Positions 30,722 through 40,986 of a stretch of 64,000 nt of DNA are shown here, in pieces; position 1 is the first letter of the stretch, and every line of letters starts with the position of its first letter. The notes under the pieces are model-generated. The model ran no database searches. It was not told the DNA's origin and saw nothing but the letters and a program-made list of their open reading frames with translations. The translations under genes and the position numbers were made by a program. The DNA comes from Candidatus Altimarinota bacterium (lineage in GTDB: Bacteria; Patescibacteriota; Gracilibacteria; UBA4473): NCBI GenBank assembly GCA_965231215.1, contig OZ246423.1, positions 384,001 through 448,000 on the forward strand, in the 5' to 3' direction.

Positions 30722-31287
30722 TATGCAAGGCCTAGTTTTTGTTCCATCTCTTTGGTTACTTCTTCGATTTCTTGTTCTCCATTTACTACAATCATCTGTC
30801 CATTTTCTTCCCAAAAATTAATCACTGGCTGAGTCTGTGATTCAAAATTCTGAAGTCGGTTTTGAATAGCGGTTAGATTATCATCTTCTCGGCCTTCTAA
30901 TTCTCCTCGTTTGATAAGTCTTTTAACGGCTTCATTGTTAGTAATACGAATTTCCAAAGCCATAAAACTTCGCCCTGCTTTTTCTAGTTCTTCCGTAAAA
31001 GATTGGCGTTGTTCTTCTGATCTGGGAATTCCATCAAACAAAATGGGCTTATTTTTTTCTACCATAGATAAAAAGTTTGCCAGAATCTTCATTACAATAC
31101 TAGTAGGAACCAGATCCCCTCGAGCTGTAATTTCGCGTACGGTAGCGCCAAGTTCTGTTGGTTGTTTTGCCATCTCTCGTAACGCCGCTCCAGTTTCAAA
31201 AACAATAAAACCATGATGTTCTGCTAGAATTCGTCCTTGAGTTCCTTTTCCAGAGCCCTGCCTGCCGATAAGTACTAAATCTTTCAT
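30721..31287 (-). CDS. adk: Adenylate kinase (short LID)
   Basis: GRQGSGKGTQ P-loop, GDLVP, DGIPR, REDD; adk-map order. Confidence 0.93.
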   Translation of the reverse strand: MKDLVLIGRQGSGKGTQGRILAEHHGFIVFETGAALREMAKQPTELGATVREITARGDLVPTSIVMKILANFLSMVEKNKPILFDGIPRSEEQRQSFTEELEKAGRSFMALEIRITNNEAVKRLIKRGELEGREDDNLTAIQNRLQNFESQTQPVINFWEENGQMIVVNGEQEIEEVTKEMEQKLGLA

Positions 31288-31382
31288 ACGCACGGATTCT
31301 ATCTAAAAACAAAAAAAAAGCATGTCTTTTTACTCAAAAAATAATTGGGATATTCCCCTATTTTTCATGTAGTATGTAAAAA

Positions 31383-32489
31383 ATGAAAAAACAAATTGTA
31401 CTATTGTGTTTCACACTTTGTATAACTCACTCAACGAGTTTCGCTCAATTTCCAGCACAAAGTAACACTGAAAACATTAATCCTAAAAACGATATCGACC
31501 AAAATGTTGTAACGGTTAATGAATTTAACCTTATTTTAGGCACTCTCAGAAAAGTCTATAACGTCGTGAAAGACAACTTAGTACAAATCGGAATAAATGA
31601 ACCTCAACCAGCTGAAAATCTTACCTTAGATGTAGGAGGCAGAGTAGGCGCCACAGAATTTTGCGATGAAGACGGATTCAATTGCATCAACCCAAAAGAG
31701 TGGAACATTCAACCCTCTATCAAACTTGAAGAGCCGGCTGGCAACTGCGAAATACGTTATCGAACTAAAGACCAAAGACATGAATCTGATTGGGTTCAGA
31801 CTGGAGGAAACGATGACCCAAATGGACTTTGGGGTATATTTTATAGTGAAAAAAGGAATAACTGTGCCGGAGACGGATGTGGAATCCAAATGGGACTTCG
31901 CTGCAGACCTAACCCCGAAATACTACAACAAAGCGAATGCCGAATACGCTATCGCATCAATTACACTAACCAAGAGAATCAAGAAATTACCTCTGACTGG
32001 AAAGAAACGCCTTATACCACTTCTACTAATTGGGAAGAAGGGCCTTGGGCAAGCGTAATTGGAAAATCTTGGGGAAAAGGCATCAGTGTTCAAGCCAGCA
32101 TTGAATGTTTGTCCCCTAAACTGCAATGCCAAATGGGATACCGACTCAGAAACGAAGAGCTCACCGGATCTTGGGTCTACTCTCGTCCTACCTCGGGCAA
32201 AGGGTGGAGTTCTGCCCAACCAGCCATTATTACGGGGGAAAATACGAGACTCTGTGACAGTCAAACCGGATGTGGAATGCAAATGCACATGAAATGCCTT
32301 GGAAAACAACTCGGTCTTAAACGAGCCATTTATAACTGCCCTATCAAAACGACTGGAGGATGTCCAAGCCAGTGTAATGGTCAACTAAGCCTAAAAGCTC
32401 AGTGCTTATACCAAGCTCTAGATAGCAGTAATCAATGCACGATTAACAAAACTGAGGTCTGTGAAAAAGTCGGAAACCTTATAGAATAA
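31383..32489 (+). CDS. Secreted Cys-rich protein with three internal repeats
   Basis: Signal peptide; repeats C-x-I/M-x-YR...W...G-x-Q/V...C. Confidence 0.75.
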   Translation: MKKQIVLLCFTLCITHSTSFAQFPAQSNTENINPKNDIDQNVVTVNEFNLILGTLRKVYNVVKDNLVQIGINEPQPAENLTLDVGGRVGATEFCDEDGFNCINPKEWNIQPSIKLEEPAGNCEIRYRTKDQRHESDWVQTGGNDDPNGLWGIFYSEKRNNCAGDGCGIQMGLRCRPNPEILQQSECRIRYRINYTNQENQEITSDWKETPYTTSTNWEEGPWASVIGKSWGKGISVQASIECLSPKLQCQMGYRLRNEELTGSWVYSRPTSGKGWSSAQPAIITGENTRLCDSQTGCGMQMHMKCLGKQLGLKRAIYNCPIKTTGGCPSQCNGQLSLKAQCLYQALDSSNQCTINKTEVCEKVGNLIE

Positions 32490-32500
32490 TTGGCTCGTAT

Positions 32501-32549
32501 GTTCCTGTGCGGATAAACAAAAACACAGTCCCTCTATGAACACAGGAAC
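32501..32549. repeat. Short inverted repeat between convergent genes
   Basis: GTTCCTGTG (32501-32509) / CACAGGAAC (32541-32549). Confidence 0.35.
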
Positions 32550-32552
32550 CCC

Positions 32553-33182
32553 CTAACGCCCCCACCAATCGGCAGGATTTTCATGAAAACGTTCAAGCTC
32601 TGTTTTTTGATCTTCAGTAATGATCCCTTCTTCTCGTAAAGCTTCAGCAATCTCATCAAAATTAGTCAACGTCAAAATATTTACATCCGCCTCTTTAGCT
32701 TTTTCAAAGGAAAGCGGTGTCCCCCAAGTAAAAATAGCAGCAATATTTTTTACTGTAGCCTCAAGTTCATTTCTTAGGGCTTTGACCGAAACGATAGAAC
32801 TTCCAGCCGTTGAGATAGCATCCTCTACTACTAATACATTGGGGCGAAGTATTTCGGTTTTGCCTTCCACCATTTTTCCCGCTCCATGCCCTTTGGGTTT
32901 TGATCGAACATACAGCATTGGTTTACCTGTCTGTTCAGCTACAAAGGCCGCCCAAGGAATGCCAGCAGTGGCCGTTCCAGCAACTACATCAATATCTAAA
33001 TTTTTTTGGCTAATAAGCTGCAAAAATCCATTATTTATTTGCTCTCGAGCTTTTGGCAGACCAATAAGCTCACGGCAATCACAATAAATAGGGGCTCTAA
33101 TACCCGAAGTCCACGTAAAGGGGTTATCAAAATTAACCCTTACAATTTCATTCTGCACCAAAAGCTGTGAAATATCACTCAT
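32553..33182 (-). CDS. pyrE: Orotate phosphoribosyltransferase
   Basis: FTWTSGIRAPIYCDCR, GTATAGIP, YVRSKPKGHG, VVEDAISTAGS. Confidence 0.95.
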   Translation of the reverse strand: MSDISQLLVQNEIVRVNFDNPFTWTSGIRAPIYCDCRELIGLPKAREQINNGFLQLISQKNLDIDVVAGTATAGIPWAAFVAEQTGKPMLYVRSKPKGHGAGKMVEGKTEILRPNVLVVEDAISTAGSSIVSVKALRNELEATVKNIAAIFTWGTPLSFEKAKEADVNILTLTNFDEIAEALREEGIITEDQKTELERFHENPADWWGR

Positions 33183-33337
33183 TGACTTTATGTTATTTAT
33201 AATTGTAAAACTTCACAAACACAATGCCCTAAATAGTAAGATATGGCATAAAAACACGTACTGGCAAATAAATTTGATTGCGGAAGTCTCAGTTTTGAAA
33301 CACAATTCAACTAAATTATTTTTAAAAAACATAAAAA

Positions 33338-34360
33338 ATGATATCAAGTCACGCTCATAAAGTATTGTTCAAATTTATCTGTCTAAGTCTTGCCTTAGTC
33401 GTATTAAGCGCCTGTCAAAAAACACCTCATCATAAACCAGTCTCTCAACCTCAACCGACAACTCAAGCTACTGAAAAACCTCAAAAGGATATAGCTATGG
33501 CTGAGACCTCAATGAAAAACAATGAGTCTGATTCAGAAACAACTTCAGAAGACAGCCCCCTAGAGTTAGCAACTCTACCAGAATATACCTTAAGCGAAGT
33601 AGGAACCCATCTAAGCTCATTTGAACTTAGCCAAGAAGCTGAATACCTCAATTGTGCTCATGTGGCCGTAACCGGATGTCAGGCACAAACGGTTCTAAAC
33701 AAGGCTCAAATCAACAAAGATCCTTCAATCTGTAAACTTTTAGGTGAAGGTCAAGAAATGGGATGTAAAAACCAAATTTGGCAAGCCCTATCACTACTTG
33801 AAAACGATGTAAATTTTTGTGAAAAAATCACACAAGAAAACACTCGAATTACATGTAGTAATAACTTTTACCTTTCTAAAGCTCTTAACTCACGGGATGA
33901 AAAAATCTGCGAAAACATAAAGGCCCAATCAATCTCAATCACAGCCGCGATAATTAATGTTCCTACTGGTGCAGAAGAGACAAACATTGCCCCTATAAAT
34001 ACCCCTCCCGAAAACATTGAAGAGGACCCATCACCGCTTATCGAAAACTGTAAAGAGCAGGTTAAAAAGGCTCTTGAATTCCCACTCCTTGAAGTGCCAA
34101 CAGAACCCATTGCTGATCTCAGCAACACTCCAGCAGATAATCTAACTCCTTCCGAATTTGACCCAACCACAGAACCCGTACAAGCTCCCGAAAATATTGT
34201 TGATCCTGTAGATATAACACAAGAAGCTTCAGCGGATGATTTAACCCCTCCCGAATTTGATCCAACCGCAGAGCCCGTGCAAGCTCCCGAAACTATTGCT
34301 GATCCTGTAGATCCAACACAAGCTCCCGCAGATGATCTAACCCCGACAGATCAGCCTTAA
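33338..34360 (+). CDS. Lipoprotein with Cys-pair repeats and acidic Pro-rich tandem repeats
   Basis: Lipobox LSAC; ICKLL/FCEKI/ICENI repeats; C-terminal 32-33-aa repeats. Confidence 0.8.
   Translation: MISSHAHKVLFKFICLSLALVVLSACQKTPHHKPVSQPQPTTQATEKPQKDIAMAETSMKNNESDSETTSEDSPLELATLPEYTLSEVGTHLSSFELSQEAEYLNCAHVAVTGCQAQTVLNKAQINKDPSICKLLGEGQEMGCKNQIWQALSLLENDVNFCEKITQENTRITCSNNFYLSKALNSRDEKICENIKAQSISITAAIINVPTGAEETNIAPINTPPENIEEDPSPLIENCKEQVKKALEFPLLEVPTEPIADLSNTPADNLTPSEFDPTTEPVQAPENIVDPVDITQEASADDLTPPEFDPTAEPVQAPETIADPVDPTQAPADDLTPTDQP
34133..34345 (+). repeat. Coding tandem repeat (~96-99 bp, about 2.2 copies)
   Basis: ADNLTPSEFDPTTEPVQAPENIVDPVD / ADDLTPPEFDPTAEPVQAPETIADPVD / ADDLTP. 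Confidence 0.8.
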
Positions 34361-34426
34361 AATCAAAATGACTTAGATCCGCTCAAGATACATTCGGCAT
34401 AGCCACTCGTGCTTCGTGCGTCTCTC

Positions 34427-37400
34427 TTACTTTACTTGATCCCTTGGAAGATCCTGAGGAGCTACTTGACTTACCGCAGGCGCTGGAGCAGGGGCCGAAG
34501 GAGTGGTTTGAGTCACGGTTATGTTTACCGGTGGCATAGTTTCAGGGGTGGGCGGAATTTGAGGTGCAGGCACCGCTACTGGAGCTACTTGAACTTGAGG
34601 AGCGGAACTGGCGCTTTGCGTGGGAGTAGATGCCGGATTCACTATAGGTGTAGAAGGCGCCGTAGCTGGTGTTTGAGGCACCAGTGAGGCTACCGGTGGC
34701 ACCGGATTTGTCGTTGTAGGGGCTGGTGTTCCCGCAGCTGGATCAGCCAATAAATCATTAGAAACTGTCGGATCAGCTACAGCTGCATTTTCAATAGCAG
34801 ACAGATTCCCAATTCCCATTCGAGCTTCAATTTCTGCATCTACAAATTCTTTTTTACGTCCGTACTTCATTCGTGAATATTTTTTGATAATTTCTGCAAT
34901 TTTGTAGTTCCGCCCATCTGGATCCCAGATTGTTTCTACAGAAAACGGACGAGAAGTTGTATTATCAATATTCAGTTTGATATAAGCCTTATAATTAGCA
35001 ATCCCTAAGATATCCTGCTGCGAAAGCAGTGGCGCATATTCCTTTTCTAGATATTCAGCATCCTCAGCCCCAATCTTAAAACTCATCATAGACCCCACAT
35101 TCCCAAATACAGCATCTCGAATTTTTGAGTCTTTTTGCCCAATAGCTACTCCGCCAGCAGCTTCAGAAAGCTGTGCAATATACTGATGAGCCATAATCAA
35201 ATTCAACCTATATTTACGTGCCTCAGACAAAATCGAAGCAAAAGTATCGGTCGCAAAATTTTGGAACTCATCCACATACAAGTAAAAATCCTTACGATCT
35301 TCTTTCGCCATATCGGCTCGTCCCATAGCGGCTTGATTTACTTTGGCCACCATAATTAGTCCTAGCAGTTGGGCATTAATCCCCCCAATCTTTCCTTTAG
35401 AAAGGTTGATCAAAAGTACTTTTTGGTTATCCATCGCTTCACGCACATTAAAGGCCGATTTAGTCTGGCCAATAATATTCCGCATAGTCGTATTGGTCAC
35501 AAACGGACCAAATTTAGAAGTAAAGTACGGAATCATCTCTTGTTTCTCTCGATCTCCAGTTTGAGCCATTTCATTTTCCCAGAAGGCTCGCACTACTGGA
35601 TTTTTCACCTTTGAAACTTTGTACCGTTGGAAATCATCATCAATAAACAGTCTCGGAATATCAATTAAAGTCGCTCCTTCTTCTTCGTCTGCCATAAGTG
35701 TCAGACAACCATTACGGAAGTAATGCTGAATTCGGGGGCCAAAAATTTCATTCCCAAAGAGTTTAATAAATATCTCCATAGCATCCAGAGACGCCCGATC
35801 CTGTTCTTCTTCTGTCTTGGCTTCCAAAATATTAAGCCCCATAGGACGCTCACGATCGGCTGGATCAAAGACTAAAATATCTTTCGCTCTTTCTTTTGGA
35901 GTTCGTGAAAGTACATCTTCTACCAGATCTCCATGTGGATCAATTACACATACCCCTTCGCCAAATCCTATATCCTGTCCGGCCATATACTCCAAAAGCA
36001 CCGATTTCCCAGAACCAGATTTCCCAATAACGTAGAAGTGACGGGTCCGATCATTTCGCATAATCTTAACCGGTCTTTTGATACCACGATAGACAGAGTT
36101 TCCAATAACCACTCCTTCTTTTGGCAGATTAATAGGGGGGGGAAGCATTTTATAATCCAGCCACTTAATAGTTGGAATTTTATTATATCGCGCATCTGGA
36201 AAATGGAAGATAGTAGCCATTTCTTCGGCACACAACAGAGAATCTCTTTCAAACCACTTCCAGAGCCTGTGATTAAAGTTATGCAAAACGATCTTTCGAT
36301 TAATACTGTTAAAAGGTAAAATTCGACGATTTTCAAAGTAGTTCTTCCCTTCCCCCTTAAACACATTGAAGGCTACAAACATAGTATTCAGAATTTCTTG
36401 AACCTTATAATCTCCATGTGGAGAAGAAGCTAATACCCGAATACTCACATTAAATCCTACTTGAATAGATTTCTCTCCAATCGCCTTAGCAATTTCTTCC
36501 TCGGTTTGTAGCATCCGTACATAACTATCCCCGCCACTCGCTCCAGGAGCATTAGTACCTCCATCTACCGCTGGATCATATCCCGTAAATATAACCTTAA
36601 ATGGCCACCAGAGAATTCCAAGGATTGGGCCAATAATGGGAATTGATAGATCCCACTTCTTCCCTTTTCCCTTGAAGAGCTTAGTCCCTTCTTTTTTGGC
36701 TTTCTTTTGCCATCTTTTAGAGCGAGGATTTACTACAATCTGGACAACCGCCTTTTCATCTTTTTCTAATTTAGCAAAGGCATTCGCCACATTATTAAGC
36801 GCATCATCCTCAATTTTTTTGTAGGTTTTAATTGGATACCAGAACTTTTCTTTCCCATAGAGGTAAAATCCATTGAAAGAAAACCCCTTATCATTAAGAC
36901 TAAATCTTTTTTCTGGTGGAATTTCTTCAATATCAGCCGATTCATAGAAGGAAGTAATCTGTTTCCGAATAATACTTTGATAATAAGAATCACACACCAC
37001 CACAAAACGCATCTCTCGCGCCTCAAACTGTAATTCTAAAGAAAAATGGGGTTTTCCCCAGATTCTTCGTTTTACCCAAACATTGTAGATATTCATATCT
37101 CGGGTTTCATGCAAAGCTCGAAAAAGCTGTTCAGCTTTTCCAATCTGTTCATGGAAATCTTTTTCAGTTCGTTTCTCATTATCTAACTTAGAATCATTCC
37201 TTGGAAGTGTAACTCGCAAATGAACCAATTCATTTTTAGCCGTTTCTCTCCTTCGTTTAAGATACCGTGTACTAATCTGAGTCAATCGGAAAATAGTATA
37301 AATATCCAAAACTAAGAAAACCACATTGGTAATAATCTGCCACCACGCCATTTCAGCAGTAATAACCGCCCAGGGGTTGGCCTCAGTAAACCACGCCGTA

Positions 37401-37486
37401 ATCAGCAGCATACCAAAGCGCAGCTCATACATCCCGCGTGCAAACCACCCAAGTCGGATTAGAAACCATCTTAATACACTACCCAT
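34427..37486 (-). CDS. VirD4/TraG-like (HerA-FtsK superfamily) membrane ATPase
   Basis: N-terminal TM; HFYVIGKSGSGKS Walker A, IDPHGDL, LYVDEFQNF Walker B, EARKYRL, AHQY; Pro/Thr-rich tail. Confidence 0.88.
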   Translation of the reverse strand: MGSVLRWFLIRLGWFARGMYELRFGMLLITAWFTEANPWAVITAEMAWWQIITNVVFLVLDIYTIFRLTQISTRYLKRRRETAKNELVHLRVTLPRNDSKLDNEKRTEKDFHEQIGKAEQLFRALHETRDMNIYNVWVKRRIWGKPHFSLELQFEAREMRFVVVCDSYYQSIIRKQITSFYESADIEEIPPEKRFSLNDKGFSFNGFYLYGKEKFWYPIKTYKKIEDDALNNVANAFAKLEKDEKAVVQIVVNPRSKRWQKKAKKEGTKLFKGKGKKWDLSIPIIGPILGILWWPFKVIFTGYDPAVDGGTNAPGASGGDSYVRMLQTEEEIAKAIGEKSIQVGFNVSIRVLASSPHGDYKVQEILNTMFVAFNVFKGEGKNYFENRRILPFNSINRKIVLHNFNHRLWKWFERDSLLCAEEMATIFHFPDARYNKIPTIKWLDYKMLPPPINLPKEGVVIGNSVYRGIKRPVKIMRNDRTRHFYVIGKSGSGKSVLLEYMAGQDIGFGEGVCVIDPHGDLVEDVLSRTPKERAKDILVFDPADRERPMGLNILEAKTEEEQDRASLDAMEIFIKLFGNEIFGPRIQHYFRNGCLTLMADEEEGATLIDIPRLFIDDDFQRYKVSKVKNPVVRAFWENEMAQTGDREKQEMIPYFTSKFGPFVTNTTMRNIIGQTKSAFNVREAMDNQKVLLINLSKGKIGGINAQLLGLIMVAKVNQAAMGRADMAKEDRKDFYLYVDEFQNFATDTFASILSEARKYRLNLIMAHQYIAQLSEAAGGVAIGQKDSKIRDAVFGNVGSMMSFKIGAEDAEYLEKEYAPLLSQQDILGIANYKAYIKLNIDNTTSRPFSVETIWDPDGRNYKIAEIIKKYSRMKYGRKKEFVDAEIEARMGIGNLSAIENAAVADPTVSNDLLADPAAGTPAPTTTNPVPPVASLVPQTPATAPSTPIVNPASTPTQSASSAPQVQVAPVAVPAPQIPPTPETMPPVNITVTQTTPSAPAPAPAVSQVAPQDLPRDQVK

Positions 37487-37626
37487 AAGAATAAAATCCC
37501 TTTATTATATCACAGAATAAGGGTTCTCACAAGAGGCCAAAATGACGAAAACAGGAGTTATTTTTTAGACTATTTGGATCTAAGTTTAAAGCAAAAATGA
37601 TATAAAACACATAGTATTTTTAAGTA

Positions 37627-37655
37627 AAAAAAAGCGGGCTTTCGCCCGCTCTTTT
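37627..37655. terminator. Intrinsic terminator
   Basis: A-tract-AGCGGGC-TTTC-GCCCGCT-CTTTTT (GAAA loop on the minus strand). Confidence 0.85.
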
Positions 37656-37665
37656 TCCATTTTTT

Positions 37666-40600
37666 TTATTGAATTTCTTCTCGCCAGTTTTCCCCTAGGA
37701 ATTGTTCTAGGATGGGGGGAGTTTGTTCTAGTAGTCGGAGATCAAAGTTGATTTCCATACTGGGTTCTAGAGCGCTACTTGAGTTTCCGATGTATTTTCG
37801 GAAAGAGAGAATGTGGCCAAGGTTCCCCATAAGGTTTCCTGAAACCCTTAGCTGAGTTTCTGAGACTTCATCATTTTTTGACTTAACTTCCCCCGTTTCA
37901 ACAATAAATACGCCTTCTAACTTGCTTACGTCCTTATCAATAAGAATATCTCCATTTCTTACTACAAAGGCTACAAAGTAATCTCCTGGAATAGCGAAGT
38001 CATTATCAATAACGAGGTTTCCACTATCGAGAACAAAGGTCACGCTCTGAGTGAGTCCAGAAAGGTTAAGGCTATTTACATCTAGATCTCCGTCTCGGAA
38101 GTATACTCCTGACTCATAATCGTGCGTTTTGAAATCATCCCCGAATACATTCTGAGTGGTTGTATTTTGAGCGGCATTTTCATAGAAATCTGTTTTATTT
38201 TCTTGGTAGTTCCCAAAGTCTTCAAAGTCAGAAGCGGTCAATACATCGGCCCCAAAGAGCGTGTTATCTGTAAGGATTTCTCCTTCAGTTACTGGTGCTC
38301 CAGTAATTTTATCAACTCGGTAAGACTGAATTCCTACATTTCCAGCTTTAGCCCGTACAAATGGTCGAATAATTTGTACCGTAGCTGTAGCTCCAAGAGA
38401 AGAAGTTCCTGAAATATATTCTCCAATAGTTGGAGGATTACAGGCATTGTCTCCTACTCCTACAATTCCGTGATGGATATCACCAGCCGAATCTCGATAG
38501 TGATAATCAATTACGGCAAAGGCTACATTAGCAATCTGAGAGGTATCTTTAGTGGCGGCAAGCGCTGTATCCATATCATAGTGAACTTTAAAGGTTCGAG
38601 CGCCTGTAGCGTTAAGCTGAGCGATTTCACTCGCGTCTAGAATTTTTTCAAAATAGTTTTCAGATGAATTCCAACTCCATGTACCATTTCCATCACCATC
38701 AATGATACCAGTTCGGTTCCAGATATTTCCAGATTCAGTTGGAATAGTTAGGTCGTAGACTTTAATTCGTCCAGCTGTAATTTGGTGACTTGGATGATCA
38801 AAGATTACATTATCTACCGTTACTTCATATTTAACCCGTTCTCCTTTAGCTACGTTAGCATTTCCAATTACTTGTTTAGAAATAGTCGCATCCGCTCGGA
38901 AACATTCTGGACACGTTCCAACCGGCACACATCCAGAGGGTGGATGAGGGGGGTTAATAGGGGCTCCACATTGAATATTAGCTTCATAAGTAGAAGGGTC
39001 TACAAATGGATCAATTCCCGATCCTCCGAAAGTCGCTCCACACAGAGCCAATCCTTGATCTTCGGCCCAGTCTAGGGCACAAAGATGCGCCAAAGAATAG
39101 GTTCCAAAGCTTGAATGTCTTGGGGGAGTGTCACCGTCTCGACATCTTCGGTATCTATCCCATAGAGGATCACTTGTATCTCTCACTGGTTTTTTACGAA
39201 TACATTGAAAGGCTCCCGTATTAGGGTGTACGGCACAAGTCCCAAGGGACGGATCAATCGGGCCACCTCCACCTCCCGGAAGAGTACAGGAAGCTGTACA
39301 TTGAGCTCCTGGAGTTCCGTTAAGGGCTCCTAAATCACACTGTTCTGGAGACTGAACAATTCCATCACCACAAGTCCCTGGTGGCGTATCATCAAGCACG
39401 ACTTCTGTTGGATCTTCATCCATAACTACCGCACCAGAAGTGACGCCAGTTCCCGTTACCTTCGCCAAGTTAGTAAAGGCTGCTGTTACGTTTTCATGAG
39501 TACAAGTGTACGTGAAAGATTCTCCTAAGTTAAAGAGGGCATCATTGTTTCCTATGGCTTGAATTAATGGCAGCGTTTCAGCCGCTGTACGAGCACAACT
39601 AGGAGTTCTTTGATCTTCAATAACAACATTTTGAAGGTCTTCATCACCCGTATTGGTCACTTTGATAGTAAAGTTAGCAGTTTGCCCACTCACTACTTTT
39701 TGCGTATCATCTCCATCTGTATCAGGAGTGCCTGGTGTTGAATCATCTTTATCAATTTTAATCTCAGGTCCTACAGAGCCTCCAACCAATACTACGGTTG
39801 GATCAGAATCTGTTACCGGTACTCCATTAAATTGTGGAATATTAGAAACTGAAGTTCCTACAACATTCACTACATTAGTGTATCCAGCTTGCACATTTGT
39901 ATCTTCACAGGTGTAACTAAATGATTCCCCTGGATCAAAGAAATCATCCCTATTCCCGACGGCTTGAATCAGTGGTAAAGTTTCGGCTGAGCTTCGGTCA
40001 CAACTTGGGGAAAGTGGATCCGTTAAGGTTACATTGGTAAGCGGAAGCTTGCCCGTATTAGTAGGAGTCACCGTAAAGGTAGCCGTTCCACCTTGAGCTA
40101 CAGTTTGAGAATCATTTCCATCGTTATCCACAGTGCCCGGCGTTGAATCATCTTTATCTACTTTGATTTCTACAAATTGTTCTACTTTAAATTTGAAGAT
40201 CACGGCTCTGAAGTGTCCATAAGAACCTGGAACTGTTCCAAGATTTACTCGCACTTTATAATCATTTAACACTTGAGGTGTTACCTGCGTGGTTCGAGTC
40301 CCCATATTGTGTCCAGCTCCACAGGTAAAGTTAATATTAGAGGGGTAAGCATCTGGTACTTGTCGTTGAATCACATGCGCTGTTTGCAAATTAAGTCCCA
40401 ATCCTTTCTCATTAAATCCAAGCGTAGAAATATCATTAATCAGAGTAGGAATAGCATTGCTTGAACCAATACTCCCGACGACCGATTCAGGGTTAGAAAA
40501 ATCTAAATCAACATATACATTCTGAGCGTAATTTGATCCGCCACAGTATTGAGGCGTCGCATTATGCACAAAAACCATAACCTTCACCTCATCATTTTCA

Positions 40601-40968
40601 TCAATACTGGTCACAGTATCAAAATAACGTCCTCCGTTAAGGGCAGAAGCCGTAAAATCTCTTTCGTCTGCATGCTGCATCAACCCATTATTTCGAAGAT
40701 AATCACGAGCCGCACCAAAATACAATCCGTTATTAGGAAGATGTCCTTTTAAACGGGCGAAAACATAACTATCTCTGTACAAGTTAAATACCGGCGTTGC
40801 ATTTCTTGTAGCCGATGGATATCCCTGTGGATGAGTCCCTACCGTAATTCCATTAGTTCGAGCTGATGGAATATTATTAGGAAAAAAATCGCCTGTTCCG
40901 GCCAAAACTGAACCAAAAAGGAAGAGAGAAGCTAAAAACGGAGCCAGTAGTTTTTGTGAAAATTTCAT
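37666..40968 (-). CDS. Large secreted surface protein with two DUF11-like Ig repeats and a Myxococcus-type Cys-rich repeat
   Basis: Signal peptide; duplicated EIKxDKDDSTPGT...F.....TNTG domain; CGDGIVQSPEQCDLG. Confidence 0.8.
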   Translation of the reverse strand: MKFSQKLLAPFLASLFLFGSVLAGTGDFFPNNIPSARTNGITVGTHPQGYPSATRNATPVFNLYRDSYVFARLKGHLPNNGLYFGAARDYLRNNGLMQHADERDFTASALNGGRYFDTVTSIDENDEVKVMVFVHNATPQYCGGSNYAQNVYVDLDFSNPESVVGSIGSSNAIPTLINDISTLGFNEKGLGLNLQTAHVIQRQVPDAYPSNINFTCGAGHNMGTRTTQVTPQVLNDYKVRVNLGTVPGSYGHFRAVIFKFKVEQFVEIKVDKDDSTPGTVDNDGNDSQTVAQGGTATFTVTPTNTGKLPLTNVTLTDPLSPSCDRSSAETLPLIQAVGNRDDFFDPGESFSYTCEDTNVQAGYTNVVNVVGTSVSNIPQFNGVPVTDSDPTVVLVGGSVGPEIKIDKDDSTPGTPDTDGDDTQKVVSGQTANFTIKVTNTGDEDLQNVVIEDQRTPSCARTAAETLPLIQAIGNNDALFNLGESFTYTCTHENVTAAFTNLAKVTGTGVTSGAVVMDEDPTEVVLDDTPPGTCGDGIVQSPEQCDLGALNGTPGAQCTASCTLPGGGGGPIDPSLGTCAVHPNTGAFQCIRKKPVRDTSDPLWDRYRRCRDGDTPPRHSSFGTYSLAHLCALDWAEDQGLALCGATFGGSGIDPFVDPSTYEANIQCGAPINPPHPPSGCVPVGTCPECFRADATISKQVIGNANVAKGERVKYEVTVDNVIFDHPSHQITAGRIKVYDLTIPTESGNIWNRTGIIDGDGNGTWSWNSSENYFEKILDASEIAQLNATGARTFKVHYDMDTALAATKDTSQIANVAFAVIDYHYRDSAGDIHHGIVGVGDNACNPPTIGEYISGTSSLGATATVQIIRPFVRAKAGNVGIQSYRVDKITGAPVTEGEILTDNTLFGADVLTASDFEDFGNYQENKTDFYENAAQNTTTQNVFGDDFKTHDYESGVYFRDGDLDVNSLNLSGLTQSVTFVLDSGNLVIDNDFAIPGDYFVAFVVRNGDILIDKDVSKLEGVFIVETGEVKSKNDEVSETQLRVSGNLMGNLGHILSFRKYIGNSSSALEPSMEINFDLRLLEQTPPILEQFLGENWREEIQ

Positions 40969-40986
40969 GAAATCATGTTAATTTTT

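Noticed and set aside
27790-30814. N-terminal extensions of the methyltransferase (to 27888) and map (to 30814) in the ORF track
   Set aside because: They overlap upstream genes; internal ATGs at 27789 and 30721 are coupled to the upstream stops
34427-37486. Integrated conjugative element
   Set aside because: No relaxase, mating-pair genes, integrase or att repeats around the ATPase
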